This document shows positions 30,015 to 41,422 of a stretch of DNA of 64,000 nt, piece by piece. Position numbers and translations under genes: made by a program. The notes under the pieces were generated by a model, which worked only from the letters and a program-made list of their open reading frames with translations, was not told the origin of the DNA and made no database searches. This stretch comes from an uncultured Methanosarcinales archaeon (lineage in GTDB: Archaea; Halobacteriota; Methanosarcinia; Methanotrichales; Methanotrichaceae), in NCBI GenBank assembly GCA_963843555.1, contig CAWJKV010000003.1:96001-160000 (forward strand), read 5' to 3'. How positions within the stretch are numbered: the first letter of the stretch is position 1; each line of letters starts with the position of its first letter.

Positions 30015-31445
30015 TCAAGCGTTCTCTTTTGTTGCTTCTAGAATGTATTCAGAGAGCTTGGTCTGGGCCGCCATGCACTTCTCGCCCGGAATCTCCACCG
30101 GATATAATCCAGTCAGACATCCCATGCAGAGGTTCTCTTTGGGTATGCCTACCGCATCCACCAATCCCTTGTGGCTTACATAGCCCAGGGAGTCGGCATT
30201 GATGACCGCCTCGACACCAGCAACCGTCTTGTAGGCAGCAATCAGCTCCTCGCGGCTGGCCATGTCGATGCCAAGGTAGCAGGGAGCAAGGATGGGCGGG
30301 CTGCCTATGCGGACGTGCACTTCCTCGGCGCCTGCTTTTCGGACCATATTCACGATCCTCCGGCTGGTGGTGCCCCGCACAATTGAATCATCTACCATGA
30401 CCAATTTGTGGCCCTCGATGTTGGGCCGGATGGTATTCATCTTCAGGCGAACGGCCGCCTCCCGCATGCTCTGATCGGGCATGATGAAGGTTCTGCCTAT
30501 GTAGCGATTCTTCATCAGACACTCCCGGTATCTGATCCCGGATCGCTGGTGGTATCCCACGGCCAGAGTTATGCCCGAATCTGGAATGGGCGTGACGGTG
30601 TCCGCACAGGCCGGATGCTCTTTGGCCAGGTTGGAGCCGATGTTCACTCTCACATCGTAGATCAGCCGCCCATCCATGATGCTGTCCGGCCGGGCGAAGT
30701 AGATGTACTCGAATATGCAGTGAGCCGGATGGGGAAGTCGCGCCAGTTGGTAGGACTTCATCTCACCATGCCTGATAACCACGAGCTCGCCGGGCATAAC
30801 ATCGCGGATGAGGCGGCCGTTCAGCGTATCTATGGCCACGCTCTCTGAGGCCACCATGAAGCCGGAGTCGATCTCGCCAATGCAAAGAGGCTTGATCCCC
30901 AGCGGGTCGCGCACGGCCAGGACCGTATCTCCCCACAAAAAGACGAGCGAATAGGAGCCCACGATCTTGCGCATCAAAGCGCGAACTGCTTCTTGAAGGT
31001 CATAACGCAAGAGCTCTTTTACAAAAAGGTGTGCGATAACTTCGGTGTCAGAGGTAGAATAGAATATGTCCCCTGCCTGCTCCAGTTGCTCTCGAAGCTG
31101 ACAGGAGTTGACCAGATTTCCGTTGTGCGCTATGGCAATAGCCCCGTCTTTGTATTTTACCAACAAAGGCTGGCTATTTTCGATGCACGATCTGCCTGAG
31201 GTCGGATACCTGACGTGGCCGATGCCCACCTGACCGCGCAGCATGGCAATCTGAGCATCGTCGAATACTTCCGATACAAGACCCATACCCCGGTGGGTGC
31301 GGATGGATTTGCCATCGTGCACCGATATGCCTGCCGCCTCTTGTCCCCGATGTTGCAGGGCATAGAGGGCGTAATAAATGGACTTGGCTACGTTATTGCC
31401 CGTCTCATTGAAGGAAATCCCGACAACGCCGCAGGCATCGTGCAA
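30015..31445 (-). CDS. purF: Amidophosphoribosyltransferase
   Basis: CGVVG, LQHRGQE, GHVRY, HNGNLVN, CIFEYIYFARPDS, VDDSIVRGTT. Confidence 0.97.
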   Translation of the reverse strand: MHDACGVVGISFNETGNNVAKSIYYALYALQHRGQEAAGISVHDGKSIRTHRGMGLVSEVFDDAQIAMLRGQVGIGHVRYPTSGRSCIENSQPLLVKYKDGAIAIAHNGNLVNSCQLREQLEQAGDIFYSTSDTEVIAHLFVKELLRYDLQEAVRALMRKIVGSYSLVFLWGDTVLAVRDPLGIKPLCIGEIDSGFMVASESVAIDTLNGRLIRDVMPGELVVIRHGEMKSYQLARLPHPAHCIFEYIYFARPDSIMDGRLIYDVRVNIGSNLAKEHPACADTVTPIPDSGITLAVGYHQRSGIRYRECLMKNRYIGRTFIMPDQSMREAAVRLKMNTIRPNIEGHKLVMVDDSIVRGTTSRRIVNMVRKAGAEEVHVRIGSPPILAPCYLGIDMASREELIAAYKTVAGVEAVINADSLGYVSHKGLVDAVGIPKENLCMGCLTGLYPVEIPGEKCMAAQTKLSEYILEATKENA

Positions 31446-31455
31446 CTTTTTTCCT

Positions 31456-31626
31456 CTAGTAATCCGCCTTTCTCATCCACTTGTAACTTCTGAGCTTTGT
31501 AGAATTGCCAAAGCCGCACTTAACGCATACTTTTCTCTTGAAATTGAACGAGATACTGCCACAGCGTCTGCATCTGATATGAGAACTCTTGTGGCGCCTG
31601 CCCATTGAAGGAGTACCCTTGGTCAT
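31456..31626 (-). CDS. rpl37e: 50S ribosomal protein L37e (not in the ORF track)
   Basis: Manual translation [50 protein letters not shown]...; lies downstream of Sm as usual. Confidence 0.95.
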   Translation of the reverse strand: MTKGTPSMGRRHKSSHIRCRRCGSISFNFKRKVCVKCGFGNSTKLRSYKWMRKADY

Positions 31627-31636
31627 CTAAAACACC

Positions 31637-32429
<793 letters not shown>

Positions 32430-32430
32430 G

Positions 32431-33336
32431 ATGGAGGAGATAGGTGAAATGATTGGCAAGGGATTTGGGATCTGGAGACAAAACCTCAACCTCTGTATTC
32501 CATTCCTGCTCAACTTCTTTGTGTCTATACTGGTCGCCATTCCCTTCCTCGTTGCCATCTTCATGGCAGCTATGCCCCTGGCAAGCATAGATTCAACTTC
32601 GATTCAGAATGTGCAGGATCCGCAGGATATGCAGATTCTGTTTTCTCAGATGGAAGAGGCTCTAGGCAGCCTGGGATGGCAAGAGATCCTACCGATAGGG
32701 TTTCTTCTCCTGGGCATGATCGTTATACTTTCAATAGTCGGAGCATTTTTCGCAGCAGGAGCCATCGGCATGGCCAGGCAGGCTCTGCTGGAGGGCAGAG
32801 CGGACACAGGTGCCATGTGGTCCGCGGGAAGGAAGCACTTTTTGAATATGTTCCTCTCCAACCTCTTGGTGGGGTTGATGACGATGGCAGGTCTTGTCTT
32901 CCTCCTGCCAGGCATTTTGAGTCTACCCTGGCCAGTGCAGGCGGAGCCGGCTGCTATGGGCATGCTCATACTTGGATTCGTCATATTCGTCCTCTATGCC
33001 CTGATCCTGTCCCTGGTGCTGGCCGCGGCACCCTATGCCCTGGTGTTGGAAGGGCTGGGCCCAGTCCGGGCCATCCGGGCCGGAATAGAATTCTTCAGAA
33101 ACAATAAGTTTGATGTCCTGATCCTCTGGTTGGTGGTGGCAGCTCTATCCATTGCTCTGCAGATGATCGGCGGCTCCTTATCAACGGGAGATACCTTCAA
33201 TAACCCGGCCCTGCCATTGGTCACTGGGTTGGTTAACCTCTTGATCCTGGTTCCCCTCTCCAATCTGTGGTGGACAAGGCTTTATATGAATCGAAAGGGC
33301 ATGCTTAAGAACGATGAGGTGAAGGATCCTTGGTAA
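32431..33336 (+). CDS. Multi-pass membrane protein
   Basis: 301 aa with several hydrophobic helices, in operon context. Confidence 0.75.
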   Translation: MEEIGEMIGKGFGIWRQNLNLCIPFLLNFFVSILVAIPFLVAIFMAAMPLASIDSTSIQNVQDPQDMQILFSQMEEALGSLGWQEILPIGFLLLGMIVILSIVGAFFAAGAIGMARQALLEGRADTGAMWSAGRKHFLNMFLSNLLVGLMTMAGLVFLLPGILSLPWPVQAEPAAMGMLILGFVIFVLYALILSLVLAAAPYALVLEGLGPVRAIRAGIEFFRNNKFDVLILWLVVAALSIALQMIGGSLSTGDTFNNPALPLVTGLVNLLILVPLSNLWWTRLYMNRKGMLKNDEVKDPW

Positions 33337-33614
33337 ACTTTGAAAAATTGAATTATGCAGATCTATTGATTCGCTTCCGGCAGATGAAGCCTTTGCATCA
33401 GGCAGCGGTCGCAGGTCTGTTCTTTCTTGTGGTATACGTACCCTATGCATACTTTTTGCTGCAATTAAACCTGGTGGAATCGATCAGCATGGCTGTCATC
33501 TCCGCGATCTTATTCATGGTGGTGTACTATTTCACGTCGCACATTATCATGAGAAAGAATAAGCAGTTGGCAAATCAATCACAGGGGCCTAAGAAGGGAT
33601 TGAGGAACAAGTGA
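33330..33614 (+). CDS. Small membrane protein
   Basis: Two TM helices and a basic C-tail; overlaps the upstream stop. Confidence 0.65.
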   Translation: MVNFEKLNYADLLIRFRQMKPLHQAAVAGLFFLVVYVPYAYFLLQLNLVESISMAVISAILFMVVYYFTSHIIMRKNKQLANQSQGPKKGLRNK

Positions 33615-33635
33615 ATCATCTTCGAAGGGTTAGAG

Positions 33636-34118
33636 ATGGAACTGAAAGTTATAAAAATGAATATTCCCGAAGGATCAAATCTGATTTTAGGGCAGAGCCA
33701 CTTCATCAAGACCGTTGAAGATCTCTATGAAGTCATGGCGGGCACAGCATTGGCGGCAAAATTTGGCATCGCATTCTCTGAGGCCAGCGGTGACTGCCTG
33801 GTGCGCGCCGAGGGGAACGACGGGGAGCTCATCGAAACCGCCAAGAACAACTCGCTCGCCCTCTCCTGCGGCCATACCTTCGTGGTGCTGATGAAAGGTG
33901 CTTTTCCCATTAATGTTCTAAACGCTATCAAAGGAATCCAGGAGGTCTGCAGCATATTCTGTGCCACTGCCAATCCTTGCCAGGTAATAGTGGCCGAGAC
34001 GGAGTTGGGCAGGGGCATTATGGGCGTCATCGACGGCTCTGTGCCCAGGGGCGTCGAGGGCGCAGGTGATGTGGAGGAGAGGCATCTTCTCTTGAGGAGG
34101 TTTGGATATAAACTTTGA
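33636..34118 (+). CDS. Adenosine-specific kinase / DUF355 family
   Basis: NLILGQSHFIKTVEDLYE, FSEASG, CSIFCATANP, GRGIMGVIDG, FGYKL. Confidence 0.88.
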   Translation: MELKVIKMNIPEGSNLILGQSHFIKTVEDLYEVMAGTALAAKFGIAFSEASGDCLVRAEGNDGELIETAKNNSLALSCGHTFVVLMKGAFPINVLNAIKGIQEVCSIFCATANPCQVIVAETELGRGIMGVIDGSVPRGVEGAGDVEERHLLLRRFGYKL

Positions 34119-35403
34119 TCTGGCGATAACAAACGGCCGGGTTTATACGGCAAAAGGCCAGCAAAGCATCGACATCTGGATCAAAGACGGAAGGGTGGCT
34201 GCCCTGGGAGGACCGCACCGGGCGGCAGAAGAAATGAATGTGCACGGGATGCTGGTGCTGCCGGGATTCATCGATTCTCATGTGCATTTCCGTGATCCCG
34301 GACTGAATTATAAAGAGGACTGGGCGAGCGGCTCTATTGCTGCTGCCGCAGGCGGCATCACCACAGTGGTGGACCAGCCCAACACCGATCCACGAACACT
34401 GGATGCCCGATCCTTTGAGCTGAAGCTGGACCTGGCAAAAAATCGCTCTGTGGTGGACTTTTGCATCAATGGGGCGCCGGGCCGAATTGAAGAGCTGAAG
34501 AGGGCCGGGGCCCTGGCATTGGGTGAGATCTTCAGCTATGAGCACAGCGACCAGGAGCTGCAGCAAATCCTTTCTGAGGCAGAGCGATTGGGGATGCTGG
34601 CCACGGTCCATGCCGAGGACGGATTGATCGTAAGAGAGAGGACCGAGCCTCTTTTGGGCCGGCACGATTCCCTGGTCTACTCACAGGCGCGGCCCGCGGA
34701 GGCGGAGCTGGCGGCCATAGAAAAGGTCCTGGCCTGGTCGAAACGTTTGCATATCTGCCATCTCAGCACATCCGTGGGACTGAACCGGATAGTGCAGGCG
34801 AAAGAGAACGGAAAAGGTACAGATAGAAAGGTGAGCTGTGAGGTCACACCACATCATCTCTTCTTCAATATCAAGGACTACCGGGAACAGGGCTCCTATC
34901 TCAAGATGAACCCACCGCTGCGCGGCCAATTGGATAACGATGCCCTCTGGGAGGGCCTGCGGAACGGTTCCATCGATATTCTGGCCTCGGATCACGCGCC
35001 TCACCTCCCTGAAGAGAAGAGGGAGGACATCTGGGAGGCGCCCGCGGGCGTTCCCGGTGTGGAGACCATGCTGCCTTTGATGCTTTTTGCCGTGAAGAGA
35101 AATCTGCTGCGCCTGGAGAGGCTGGTGGACGCCCTGGCGGCAGGGCCGGCCCGGGTCTTTGGCCTCTCCCGCAAGGGTGCTATAGAGATCGGAAAGGACG
35201 CCGATCTGGTGATTGTGGATCCCAGGGCGATCACCAGAATAAATGCCGACCGGCTGCACAGCCGTGCAGACTGGACTCCTTATGAGGGTAAAGATGCCAT
35301 CTTTCCCAGGATGACACTGGTCAGAGGCCATGTCGTCTATGATGGTGATCTGGAAGTTAGACCAGGCTTCGGACGCTTCCAGGGAATGCAAAAGGTTTTA
35401 TGA
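34102..35403 (+). CDS. pyrC: Dihydroorotase
   Basis: PGFIDSHVHFRDPG, VHAED, CEVTPHHL, KMNPPLR, ASDHAPH. Confidence 0.93.
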   Translation: MDINFDLAITNGRVYTAKGQQSIDIWIKDGRVAALGGPHRAAEEMNVHGMLVLPGFIDSHVHFRDPGLNYKEDWASGSIAAAAGGITTVVDQPNTDPRTLDARSFELKLDLAKNRSVVDFCINGAPGRIEELKRAGALALGEIFSYEHSDQELQQILSEAERLGMLATVHAEDGLIVRERTEPLLGRHDSLVYSQARPAEAELAAIEKVLAWSKRLHICHLSTSVGLNRIVQAKENGKGTDRKVSCEVTPHHLFFNIKDYREQGSYLKMNPPLRGQLDNDALWEGLRNGSIDILASDHAPHLPEEKREDIWEAPAGVPGVETMLPLMLFAVKRNLLRLERLVDALAAGPARVFGLSRKGAIEIGKDADLVIVDPRAITRINADRLHSRADWTPYEGKDAIFPRMTLVRGHVVYDGDLEVRPGFGRFQGMQKVL

Positions 35404-35424
35404 GAACAGGGCCCTATTTCCAGT

Positions 35425-35883
35425 ATGAAATCCGATTCTTCAGGTAGCAGTGATCTGGAACGCGTCATCGGCAGGGCGGCCGTTGAGGCAGCCAGAATGT
35501 CCAGCCAGGCCAGCCAGGCAGCGAAGAAGATCCTGGGAGATGTAACGAGCGAATTTGGCGAGACCAAAGGCGTTGACCTTGCCGCCATTGACCTCTTGGA
35601 GACCGATGATGAGTTGATCGCCCTGGTGGCCTTGCCGGGTGCCAGCAAAGAGATAATCGACCTGAGAGTGACAGAGGACAGCCTTTACGTCGATGCCAAG
35701 GCCAACCCACGAGAAGGAAGATACCTGCGCCGGGAAATCAATACTATGGGGATGAAACGGGAGCTCAAGCTACCTGTTGAGGTCAAGCCGGAGCAGGTGC
35801 GAGCCAGCTTCAAAGACGGCATTCTTGAGGTGGTCCTTCCCAAATTGGTAATAGTAAATGCCAAGAGAGTGCAGGTGGATTAG
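35425..35883 (+). CDS. Hsp20/alpha-crystallin small heat shock protein
   Basis: DLLETDDELI..LPG, RELKLP.EV.PEQVRASFKDGILEVVLPK. Confidence 0.9.
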   Translation: MKSDSSGSSDLERVIGRAAVEAARMSSQASQAAKKILGDVTSEFGETKGVDLAAIDLLETDDELIALVALPGASKEIIDLRVTEDSLYVDAKANPREGRYLRREINTMGMKRELKLPVEVKPEQVRASFKDGILEVVLPKLVIVNAKRVQVD

Positions 35884-36022
35884 AGGCCAAGCCTCTAACT
35901 CCAATCTTACCATTTTTCCGCCCGAGCTAAGTTCAGCGTAAAAGCCTAAAAAGAAGCAGTCGACTGCGATTCACAATCCGCGGACCATCCAACGGACAGA
36001 GAAAAAAAGAAAAATTTCTTAA

Positions 36023-37255
36023 TCAATATGCACTATCCAGGCTCTCCGTCGTAATCACCCGGGTGGTGTAGTTTATCGCTGTCTCCTGTCGCGGCAAGAG
36101 TTGCATCTTCCACTTCAGGCTGGTGGCCGTGCTCTCGGCAGGCTCTGGCGAGATAGAGATCAGTACAGCCTCTTGAGGAATGGTATCCGTTACCTCTAAA
36201 GCTGCCTCTCGGTCCAGGTTGCTCTTGATCTCCAAGCTGTAGGTCCAGTCCTCGATGGTCTCTTTTACGGTGCGATTTCCTTCCGTCGAGCCTATCACCT
36301 TGATGTTCTCGGTTATGTTGTAGTCGAAGAGCTTGCTTTCCACCTTCAGATCGGCAGAGGGGCCCACCACTATAGAGGCATTGGTACCGGCTGGCGTGTA
36401 GGGCATCTCTATGGTGGAGACATACTCATCATCTCTGTAAAGCAGGGCATTTCCCGCCGGCCAGGGACCGATCAGAGTGTTGTTGACCCGGATCTCCTCT
36501 TCAGCCGGACCTTCCTGCTGATTGTAGGCATCCCAGGTGTAGACTCTCACCAGGGGCGCAATCTCCTGGAAGAGCGGCAGGCCGATTTGCTTGTCCATCA
36601 AAAGGTCTTTTCGTCCCTCCAGTTCGAAGATATAGAGAGTCTCCAGCTCTCCTGTGGAAGATGCAGGCTCAGCTGCCAAATCCATGGCTTCTGCCGCAGG
36701 GGCTGCCGCAAGGGCATATCTTTCCGACATCTGCGGCGCTGCGCTGGCAAGATAGGGCAGCACAATTGGAGTGAGGCCAGCTACCAGCTTGAGCCGCACA
36801 TCCTTCAAATCCTCCCCGCCGCGATTGCTGACCTTGGCCTCGGCCTTCACCAGCACGCGATCGTCAGTGAGGTGCAGGTCGTACCTGGGCTCCCAGGTGG
36901 CGGCATTGTACATGAGGTAGCTCAAGGAAAAGTCTTGAGATCCCGCGGAGGAGACGTTCAGGTTATAGACGGGATTCGCGTCGTAGACCACCCCTTCCAC
37001 AGTTGCGTTGCTCACATTCAAGAGCAATGAGCCTGTGTCGGCACCTTCCGGAACATTGACCACGAACTTGTGGCTTCCTTCAGTCACGTCAAGGCTTCCC
37101 ATTCGTTTCACTGCCATCAGGCCCTCCGGATAGATGGTGACAGAGTCCACGGGCAGGGTGATGGCTGTTGTGGCCTCGACCCCGCTCTCCTCAAGGGAGA
37201 GGGCAAGGGATGGGGCGCATAACAACAGCACCAGAAAAGCTGCTAAGTATTTCAT
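36023..37255 (-). CDS. Secreted DUF4139-like protein
   Basis: Signal peptide; SVTIYP, LSYL...TWEPRYDL, V.NRGGED..V.LKLVAG, DTIP...LKW. Confidence 0.75.
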   Translation of the reverse strand: MKYLAAFLVLLLCAPSLALSLEESGVEATTAITLPVDSVTIYPEGLMAVKRMGSLDVTEGSHKFVVNVPEGADTGSLLLNVSNATVEGVVYDANPVYNLNVSSAGSQDFSLSYLMYNAATWEPRYDLHLTDDRVLVKAEAKVSNRGGEDLKDVRLKLVAGLTPIVLPYLASAAPQMSERYALAAAPAAEAMDLAAEPASSTGELETLYIFELEGRKDLLMDKQIGLPLFQEIAPLVRVYTWDAYNQQEGPAEEEIRVNNTLIGPWPAGNALLYRDDEYVSTIEMPYTPAGTNASIVVGPSADLKVESKLFDYNITENIKVIGSTEGNRTVKETIEDWTYSLEIKSNLDREAALEVTDTIPQEAVLISISPEPAESTATSLKWKMQLLPRQETAINYTTRVITTESLDSAY

Positions 37256-37430
37256 GTCGATTCCTTCTTCAAAGAGTAATTGGCAAAGATATTATACTTT
37301 GCTGAAAGGATGGACGAGTCTCTCTGGAGTGCATTGGCATGCCTAATGAAATTTCAGAGATGCAATCTCGCAATGCTTATATCGCCCCATCTGATTGATG
37401 GATAAGGATGTTATTCATACTGGTGTTCCC

Positions 37431-39113
37431 ATGTTTCTCGATTTTATGAGCGAGGTTGAGTCGCGGCTTTACGCTGCCCTCGATCGCTGCGGTTTCAAGG
37501 TAGAGGAAGGAGTAAACAACCTGGGGCTGGATCTGTGCCCCCATGCCGACCTGGCCTCGTCTGTCGCCTTCCGGCTGGCCCCGGTCCTGAAGAAGAGCCC
37601 TGCGAATATAGCCAAAGAGATTCACCAGGCCATCTCCCCTGAGTACAAGTATGTGGAGCGGGTGGAGCTTGCCGGCCCTTATCTCAACTTCTTCATGAAT
37701 CAAAAGTTCCTGAACTACGTCCTGGACCAGGCACTGGCAGATAACGCCTGGACGGGGAGGATGACTGAAAAAGTAATTGTGGAGCACACCTCCGCCAACC
37801 CCGACGGGCCGCTGCATGTGGGCCACATCAGAAACTCTGTTATAGGCGACACTCTGGTCAGAATACTGCGCCGGGCAGGCTGCACTGTGGATGCACAGTA
37901 CTACGTTAACGATATGGGCCGCCAGGAGGCCATGGTGGTTGTAGGCTGCGATCACTTCCAGCTCGATGGCAGCAAGGCCGACCACGCCATCGCTAAGGTC
38001 TATATCGCCGCCAACAAAGAGATGGAGACGAACCCCGAGATCCGAACCGAGGCTGATCAGGTCATCCAGAGCTACGAGGCGGGCGACCCGGAGATAACGG
38101 CCAAGATCCAGAGCGCTGTCCGGTATGCAATAGGCGGCATAGAAGAGACCTTACACCGCATGAACATCCGCCATGACAGCTACCACTGGGAGTCGGAGTT
38201 CGTGCGCAATGGAAGTGTGGCTGAGATCGTAGGGCTCCTGGAGAAGACGGGCCTCACAGAGTGGGAGGACGGAGCTTACCAGCTCGACCTGAACCAATAT
38301 GGCTTTGAGAAGAAGATGGTTCTCAAGAGGGCCAACGGAACATCACTCTACATAACGCGCGACCTGGCCTACCACCGCTGGAAGTCGGCCAACTCCGACC
38401 GTTCTGTGGACATCCTGGGAGCGGACCACAAGCTCGTCTCTGGACAGCTGCGTACAGCTTTGCGCCTTTTAAGTGTTCGCGAGCCGGAGGTGGTCATCTT
38501 CGAGTTCGTCTCTCTTCCCACAGGTTCCATGAGCACGCGCAAGGGCAAGTTCATCTCTGCGGACGAGCTCATCGATGAGGTGGAGAAGCAGGCCTTCGAG
38601 GAGGTAAAAGCGCGCCGGCCTCTGGAGAATGAGGACTTTCTTCGAGAGGTGGCTCGCCAGGTGGCCCAGGGAGCGGTGCGTTACGATGTGGTCAAGGTCT
38701 CTGCAGACAAGGCTACCACCTTCGACTGGAAGCAGGCGCTGGACTTCGAAAAACTCTCGGCACCCTTCATTCAGTACTCACATGCCCGCGCCTGCAGCAT
38801 CCTTCGCAAAGGGGATCAAGAGCATCAGTTCCAGGCCGATCTGCTCACCGGCGAGAATGAGGTCGCTCTTATCAAGAAGATCGCCGAGTTCGATCTGATC
38901 ATCGATAGAGCCGCCCGGGAGCTGAAGCCCCATCATCTGGCAACCTACGCCCGCGAGCTCGCGGAGAGCTTCAACCTCTTCTACCGCTACAGCCCGGTGC
39001 TGGATGCGGCTCCAAATCTCCGGGAGGCAAGAATGGCGCTGGCAAGAGCGGCCAGAAATGCACTGCGCACGACTCTGGAGACCCTGGGCATATCTGCTCT
39101 GGAGACGATGTGA
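37431..39113 (+). CDS. argS: Arginine--tRNA ligase
   Basis: EHTSANPDGPLHVGHIRN, YYVNDMGRQ, SMSTRKG, PFIQYSHARACSI. Confidence 0.97.
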   Translation: MFLDFMSEVESRLYAALDRCGFKVEEGVNNLGLDLCPHADLASSVAFRLAPVLKKSPANIAKEIHQAISPEYKYVERVELAGPYLNFFMNQKFLNYVLDQALADNAWTGRMTEKVIVEHTSANPDGPLHVGHIRNSVIGDTLVRILRRAGCTVDAQYYVNDMGRQEAMVVVGCDHFQLDGSKADHAIAKVYIAANKEMETNPEIRTEADQVIQSYEAGDPEITAKIQSAVRYAIGGIEETLHRMNIRHDSYHWESEFVRNGSVAEIVGLLEKTGLTEWEDGAYQLDLNQYGFEKKMVLKRANGTSLYITRDLAYHRWKSANSDRSVDILGADHKLVSGQLRTALRLLSVREPEVVIFEFVSLPTGSMSTRKGKFISADELIDEVEKQAFEEVKARRPLENEDFLREVARQVAQGAVRYDVVKVSADKATTFDWKQALDFEKLSAPFIQYSHARACSILRKGDQEHQFQADLLTGENEVALIKKIAEFDLIIDRAARELKPHHLATYARELAESFNLFYRYSPVLDAAPNLREARMALARAARNALRTTLETLGISALETM

Positions 39114-39160
39114 GGAATTCCAGTAGCGTATCGGATTGCCAGAAAAGGAGCGGCCTTCTC

Positions 39161-40006
39161 ATGAAAGTTTTCCGCTGCAACATCCTGGCTTTGATGGCGG
39201 CTTTGATCATGCTGCAGGCATTATTTCTGCCGGCAATATCGGCTCAGGCCTCTATGGCAGCAAATCAGAGCTGGTCTGAGGAGCCCTGGAAGAGCACCGC
39301 AGAAGAGGGCGACGGCCAGAATGTGACAACAATCTCTCCGCCTCTCTCCTTCAACCTGAGTGGCAATGAGCCCTCGACTTTGCGTCTCGGATCTATGCAG
39401 ATAAATTTCTCCGACTATGTCGCCAGCCCATTATTCAGCGAGCTGTGGGTCCGAACAGACAGGCAATGGAGCCAGTATGAGCAAATCCATAAGGGTAACG
39501 ATGTGGATCTCATCCTTTACACTCCCCGAGATGGAAATGCGGATATCTATCTCGTATCCTATGCCAAGAGCGCCATAAACCACTGGAGCTTCAAACTTCT
39601 GGCTGGCCACTATCTGCTCAGGCTTACGCCGGAGGATTCGGGCAGGCTCTTCCTGATAATGGCCCTTGACAACCAGCCAAGCAACGCCCTGATACTGGAT
39701 GCAGTGGAACCACCCCAAGAGACTTCGACCTCGCCTTTGGATGTGGCGAGTATACCGGTCGGAAGAGCCAAAGTTACCATAAGATCGGAGAGAATCAAAG
39801 GCTACGATGTCTACTTGGACGGTGTATTTTACAGCAGCGATATCAGTGACGGGGCCCTGGACGGCATAACCGGCTTCACCATAGTAGCAGATACGACTCA
39901 CACCATTACGGTATCTCAGAGGGACAAACTGGGAAACGTCTTCAATAAGAATGAGCACACGAAGAGCTTCAAAAGAGATACCGCCTATACCCTGTCGATA
40001 GATTGA
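39161..40006 (+). CDS. Secreted hypothetical protein
   Basis: Signal peptide MKVFRCNILALMAALIMLQALFLPAISA; PEGA-like C-terminal GYDVYLDG. Confidence 0.7.
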   Translation: MKVFRCNILALMAALIMLQALFLPAISAQASMAANQSWSEEPWKSTAEEGDGQNVTTISPPLSFNLSGNEPSTLRLGSMQINFSDYVASPLFSELWVRTDRQWSQYEQIHKGNDVDLILYTPRDGNADIYLVSYAKSAINHWSFKLLAGHYLLRLTPEDSGRLFLIMALDNQPSNALILDAVEPPQETSTSPLDVASIPVGRAKVTIRSERIKGYDVYLDGVFYSSDISDGALDGITGFTIVADTTHTITVSQRDKLGNVFNKNEHTKSFKRDTAYTLSID

Positions 40007-40155
40007 TGAGCCTCTTTATCGAGCAAACAAATCCGTCTACTTTTTTATTGCGGCAAGGGTTTTTTTGTGCATGGTTTTTTGCGCATGAACAATCTTATAA
40101 TGGAAATTTTTGGCTGCTGTCATAACAAAAAAAAATCAGGTGTTGTAGCCTGTAT

Positions 40156-40644
40156 TCAGACCTGCACTCCTTTGCCATTGGACCTACCCTTGCTCTCCAT
40201 CATGAAGGCAAAGTCGGCCTTGGTATTGGTCTTCTTGCCATCAGGGAGACGGCCATAAGTAAAATCGGTGTGCGAGTCGTCGCTCTGCTGGGATGTCTTG
40301 TCAACCTCATTTCCGGAGCTGTCATAGAGATAGACGGTTCCGTTGCCTGTCGTGACCCAGGCGGGCTGGCCGTCAGCGGCTATGAATCCCTTGGGATCGA
40401 TGATGCCTTGCAGTGGAATGGAACCCACCCAGGCTTCATCTAGGATCTTAATCGTCCAGCCGGTCAGATCCACTCCAAGGTCTCCGCTATTGTAAAGTTC
40501 TACCCAGACAGTGCCATCGTCGGGCGCACTGAGTTCCACCTCATTAATTACCACATCACAAAGGCCCAGACCAGTGGTGGCCACGAGGCAGCAAAGAGCT
40601 ATGAACGCTTTGAAACCATTTCCCAATTTCGAAATCATTTCCAT
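40156..40644 (-). CDS. Lamin tail domain (LTD) secreted protein
   Basis: VVINEVE, WVELYN.G...VDLTGWTI, TYGRLPDG. Confidence 0.85.
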   Translation of the reverse strand: MEMISKLGNGFKAFIALCCLVATTGLGLCDVVINEVELSAPDDGTVWVELYNSGDLGVDLTGWTIKILDEAWVGSIPLQGIIDPKGFIAADGQPAWVTTGNGTVYLYDSSGNEVDKTSQQSDDSHTDFTYGRLPDGKKTNTKADFAFMMESKGRSNGKGVQV

Positions 40645-40721
40645 GCACTTCTCCTCTTATATTTCTATAATTATCATTCCATCAAATTTAATACCGCCAA
40701 TCTCAACCCTTTTCTCAACTC

Positions 40722-41183
40722 TTAGCGTACATTGGAGGTTCCTTTGGTGCCAGAGCTGAGACCCCAGTCGCCATCTGTGTTTGTATCGTGACCATCGGGG
40801 TGCCTGCCATAGGTAAAGTCATTGTTTATGCTGTCCTGTCGGTTGGCCGTCTCGTCCATTTCCTCTCCGGATGCGCTGTAGAGAGTGGCATATCCGCCGT
40901 CATTATGATTCCAGGAAGACTGGCCATCGAAGACATAAAACCCCCTGGCCGGCAGGATCGTTCCCGCGGGAACGGCGGGGAGCTTGCCCACCCAGCTTCC
41001 GTCAGTGATTTCTGCCGTCCATCCACTGATATCCACACTCCCGTTCCCCGGATTGAAAATCTCAATCCAGTCAGCCCCGTTTTCGGGGGGATTCAGTTCC
41101 ATCTCGTTTATGACAACCGATGCCGCAGAGCTTACGGATAAAACCAGCAAAGCTGCTGCAAGATAAACCGCCTTTGATTTCAC
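40722..41183 (-). CDS. Lamin tail domain (LTD) secreted protein, paralog of 40156-40644
   Basis: VVINEME, DWIEIFNPG..SVDISGW, TYGRHPDG, TKGTSN. Confidence 0.85.
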   Translation of the reverse strand: MKSKAVYLAAALLVLSVSSAASVVINEMELNPPENGADWIEIFNPGNGSVDISGWTAEITDGSWVGKLPAVPAGTILPARGFYVFDGQSSWNHNDGGYATLYSASGEEMDETANRQDSINNDFTYGRHPDGHDTNTDGDWGLSSGTKGTSNVR

Positions 41184-41422
41184 TGCTGTTTTCCTCCAAT
41201 CATGCCCTTATCCTTATTGCACAATATCAAGAATTCGGATTTCAGGTATATTATCATATCGCAGGTTATCGATCGCAACCCTTGCCGCCTGAAGAAAATG
41301 GCTAAATACGGTAGTTGAGCTGCAAATCGAATCCGGAAAACGCTATATAGTTAGAGAGTCATAAAGGCGATCAAATGATCTGAAAAGATCGAAAGGAGAT
41401 ATAAACCAAAACTAGCAATGAG

